The notes beneath the pieces are model-generated. The model worked only from the letters and a program-made list of their open reading frames with translations. It made no database searches and was not told where the DNA came from. A DNA stretch of 63,870 nt, filler included, from Octopus bimaculoides (lineage: Eukaryota), in the NCBI RefSeq assembly GCF_001194135.2. It is 4 parts of 3 records of this genome, joined end to end, with 100 filler letters (N's around TTAATTAATTAA, not from the genome) between each part and the next. Parts side by side here need not be neighbours in the genome. Positions count along the whole stretch, not along the records: positions 62,333 to 63,870 come from NC_068989.1; 3 more parts are not named here. The stretch is one strand, 5' to 3'. Shown here one piece after another: positions 62,571 to 63,870 of this stretch (position 1 is its first letter; each line of letters begins with the position of its first letter). Position numbers and translations under genes: made by a program.

Positions 62571-63605
62571 TATACATATATATCATGCCAGCATGGAAAA
62601 CAGATGTTAAACAATGAGAATGATGATGATGATATATATCAGTCATCATTCAAAAAGACCACAAGTGCTCTCATACAATTATATTTTTTGTGTAGTTTAT
62701 AAATCTTAGAACTCTGGAATTTGAAGAACACCTGAATACCTGAATATAGTGCATCATACTTCATACTGAGACCAAAAGACAAGAGATGAGAAAAAAAAAG
62801 AGCAGAAAAGAAGAAACACAAAAGAAATAAAGAAGAATAAGAGAGACTGAGAGTTGGAAGGAGAGAGTGGGAGAGAGAGAAAGAGTAAAAGACAGTAGAA
62901 AAAGAGACACTTTTAAGTATTTGGGATTCTCAAAAGAGCCAATCTTACCAAAGACAGTAGACAATAACACTTACCTTGTTGGTTGAAAGGGCAACAAAGT
63001 GCTTGGCCACATGGTTAGTCTGTGATATAAAAAGAATTGGCAGAAGTTAAAACAAATACAATTAAAAATTTTTTTTAATATTTCAATAAGCTGGGATTAC
63101 AGTTAGATATATTATAGATTATAAATATATTATATATATATTTAATATATGTCAAGCTTAACTTGACATCTTGGGAAAGTCATTGCCTAGATCAATCTGC
63201 ATGGCATAAAATGTGTCACGATGCATCCAAACAATTTGAGTTGAAGAAAAAGAACAATAGAAGAACTATATCTTGCAACCAGCAGACCCACTTGCCCAAT
63301 CTCAGGCAAAATTGAAATCATCAAAGTCCCCATTGCGACTGCATACCAAAATCCATCCCTGGACTCAAATTACATTCACACACATCCATCGCAAATAGAT
63401 GCAGCTTCTTAATGGGTTTTTTCTTTTCTTCTCTTTCTTTCTATTGCTCTCTTTAACGTTAAGTCCTCTCCTTCAAACACTCATACGTCGAAACCGACAG
63501 GAGTGACCATCATCTCTCTTTATTTTCTCTCCATGTTTCTTTATTTTCTCTCCATGTTTCTTTATTTTCTCTTCTTTATTTTCTCTCCTTGTTTCTTTCT
63601 GTGTT

Positions 63606-63643
63606 CCTTTCTGTGGAAGAGCATAGGCTCGAAATGTTAAAGA
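63606..63643 (+). ncRNA. Third, decayed copy of the minimal hammerhead-like motif (CUGUGGA core) in the same Penelope-like terminal repeat (about 63590-63740)
   Basis: ccttt-CTGTGGA-a-GAGC-atag-GCTC-GAAA-TG-TT-aaaga; downstream cctgagc...taatac...acaccacctgtc.tc..ct..tgtt...attctccc(TA)n aligns with 46496-46600. Confidence 0.5.
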
Positions 63644-63782
63644 TTTTTTCACTTCCTGAGCATTAAAATAATACATCTATTTGTTGTCTACACCACCTGT
63701 CTTCATCTTTTGTTCCTTTTTTGTGAATTCTCCCCCTATATATAAATATGCATATATGTATATATATGTATGAGTGTGTGTT

Positions 63783-63824
<42 letters not shown>

Positions 63825-63825
63825 T

Positions 63826-63870
<45 letters not shown>

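Overview
Repeat-dense, AT-rich eukaryotic genomic DNA from a gapped draft assembly. The SINE families, microsatellite load and long introns point to an octopod cephalopod, probably Octopus (inference). Only one host-gene segment can be identified: an 83-nt minus-strand coding exon of mitochondrial Hsp90 (TRAP1) at 49121-49203 with canonical splice sites. Most of the readable sequence is transposon-derived. There are at least four recurring SINE-like families (my own labels A-D), many nested or in tandem. There are also decayed LINEs (Dong/R4-like, RTE, RTE-X-like, CR1/L2-like, a Penelope RT fragment), mariner and Tigger/pogo relics, TTAA-flanked piggyBac-type MITEs and a Helentron/HINE-like fragment. 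Almost all ORFs in the supplied track are artefacts of microsatellites or N-gaps. The most interesting signals are: (1) a dispersed family, three copies, carrying a minimal hammerhead-ribozyme fold, two of them with a non-canonical CUGU(U/G)GA core; (2) a fold-back mariner derivative with a 20-bp hairpin at its junction; (3) a repeat-spacer array inside a SINE that looks CRISPR-like but is not CRISPR; (4) SINE-A copies occurring as head-to-tail dimers embedded in (AAT)n; (5) an NRF1-like palindromic promoter candidate and several unassigned micro-exon candidates. Three gaps contain a synthetic TTAATTAATTAA linker, so continuity across 30.2, 47.3 and 62.3 kb is not guaranteed. Repeat boundaries were read by eye and are approximate. 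Coordinates of exons, TIRs, TSDs and ribozyme motifs were counted to the base.
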